DNA from: a virus
DNA length: 64,000 nucleotides
IMG/VR virus record: IMGVR_UViG_3300036985_007703
Location: 32,001 to 96,000 of that record
Direction: 5' to 3' (one strand)
How positions within the stretch are numbered: the first letter of the stretch is position 1; the number at the start of each line of letters is the position of its first letter. The translations under genes and the position numbers were made by a program. Below the pieces are notes generated by a model that saw only the letters and a list, made by a program, of their open reading frames with translations, was not told the origin of the DNA and did no database searches. Positions 63,782 through 64,000 of the stretch are shown one piece after another.

Positions 63782-64000
63782 CTAGCGCCCTCCCAGGATC
63801 CGGTTGCGCACGTAGTCCGCCGCCGGCACGTAGAGCGTCATCCCCGGATAGATCTCGTTGTCCGGCAGGTCGAGCCCGTTGCGCAGGGCGAGCACCCACC
63901 ACAAGGCCTCGTCCTGGTAGTACTCCAGCGCGATCTGGTCCAGGCGCTTGGCGCGCCCCTCGATCACCACCGCCGACTCATGGTTGGCCACGTCCGGCAG
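63782..64000 (-). CDS. LysM-like baseplate protein (gpX / gp53-like), 5' part probably outside window
   Basis: RLDQIALEYYQDEALWWVLALRN.....IYPGMTLYVP. Confidence 0.8.
   Translation of the reverse strand: MPDVANHESAVVIEGRAKRLDQIALEYYQDEALWWVLALRNGLDLPDNEIYPGMTLYVPAADYVRNRILGGR

Noticed and set aside
58645-64000. Extracellular contractile injection system or T6SS rather than phage
   Set aside because: BRO antirepressor, orphan MTases, tmk and many small phage-type genes favour a phage, and no AAA+ Afp15 or T6SS membrane genes are seen. Not fully excluded because capsid and terminase are not in the window.

Overview
This window is a 64 kb segment of a high-GC tailed dsDNA phage (or prophage) with a contractile, myovirus-type tail. 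Essentially all credible genes are on the minus strand and are tightly coupled (ATGA/GTGA/TGATG overlaps); the long plus-strand ORFs are antisense shadows. In transcription order (right to left) there are five blocks. (1) 64.0-58.6 kb, baseplate core: LysM/gpX-like protein, hub, gp5/VgrG-like spike, an unlisted 52-aa Pro-rich peptide, gp25 and baseplate J. (2) 58.6-25.7 kb, a ~33 kb tail-fibre/receptor-binding island that separates baseplate J from its usual gpI/collar neighbours. It holds three paralogous 'TPRFxxPYP' proteins, seven paralogous ~300-350 aa 'KTW' proteins, a 2007-aa repeat fibre, an Asp-box propeller fibre and a 7x LamG protein. (3) 25.7-20.9 kb, gpI-like wedge, collar-like and CIS-tube/gpU-like genes. 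(4) 22.7-9.8 kb, about 19 otherwise unrelated proteins that share a short M-x-x-L-[IL]-x(0-4)-E leader, N-terminal in most and sometimes repeated internally. It resembles a capsid-targeting/protease-cleaved signal, so this may be a cargo library of head-packaged proteins that includes a HExxH metallopeptidase. This is the strongest candidate novel system. (5) 9.8-0 kb, a non-coding hairpin region, BRO antirepressor, two orphan DNA methyltransferases, ASCH, thymidylate kinase and small Zn-ribbon proteins. An 18-bp strictly pyrimidine/purine-alternating (near-)palindrome, consensus YGCGYAYGCGCRTRCGCR, occurs nine times, always outside coding sequence. No tRNA, rRNA, CRISPR, integrase, capsid or terminase was recognised. 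All family calls come from motif recognition by eye, not from database searches.
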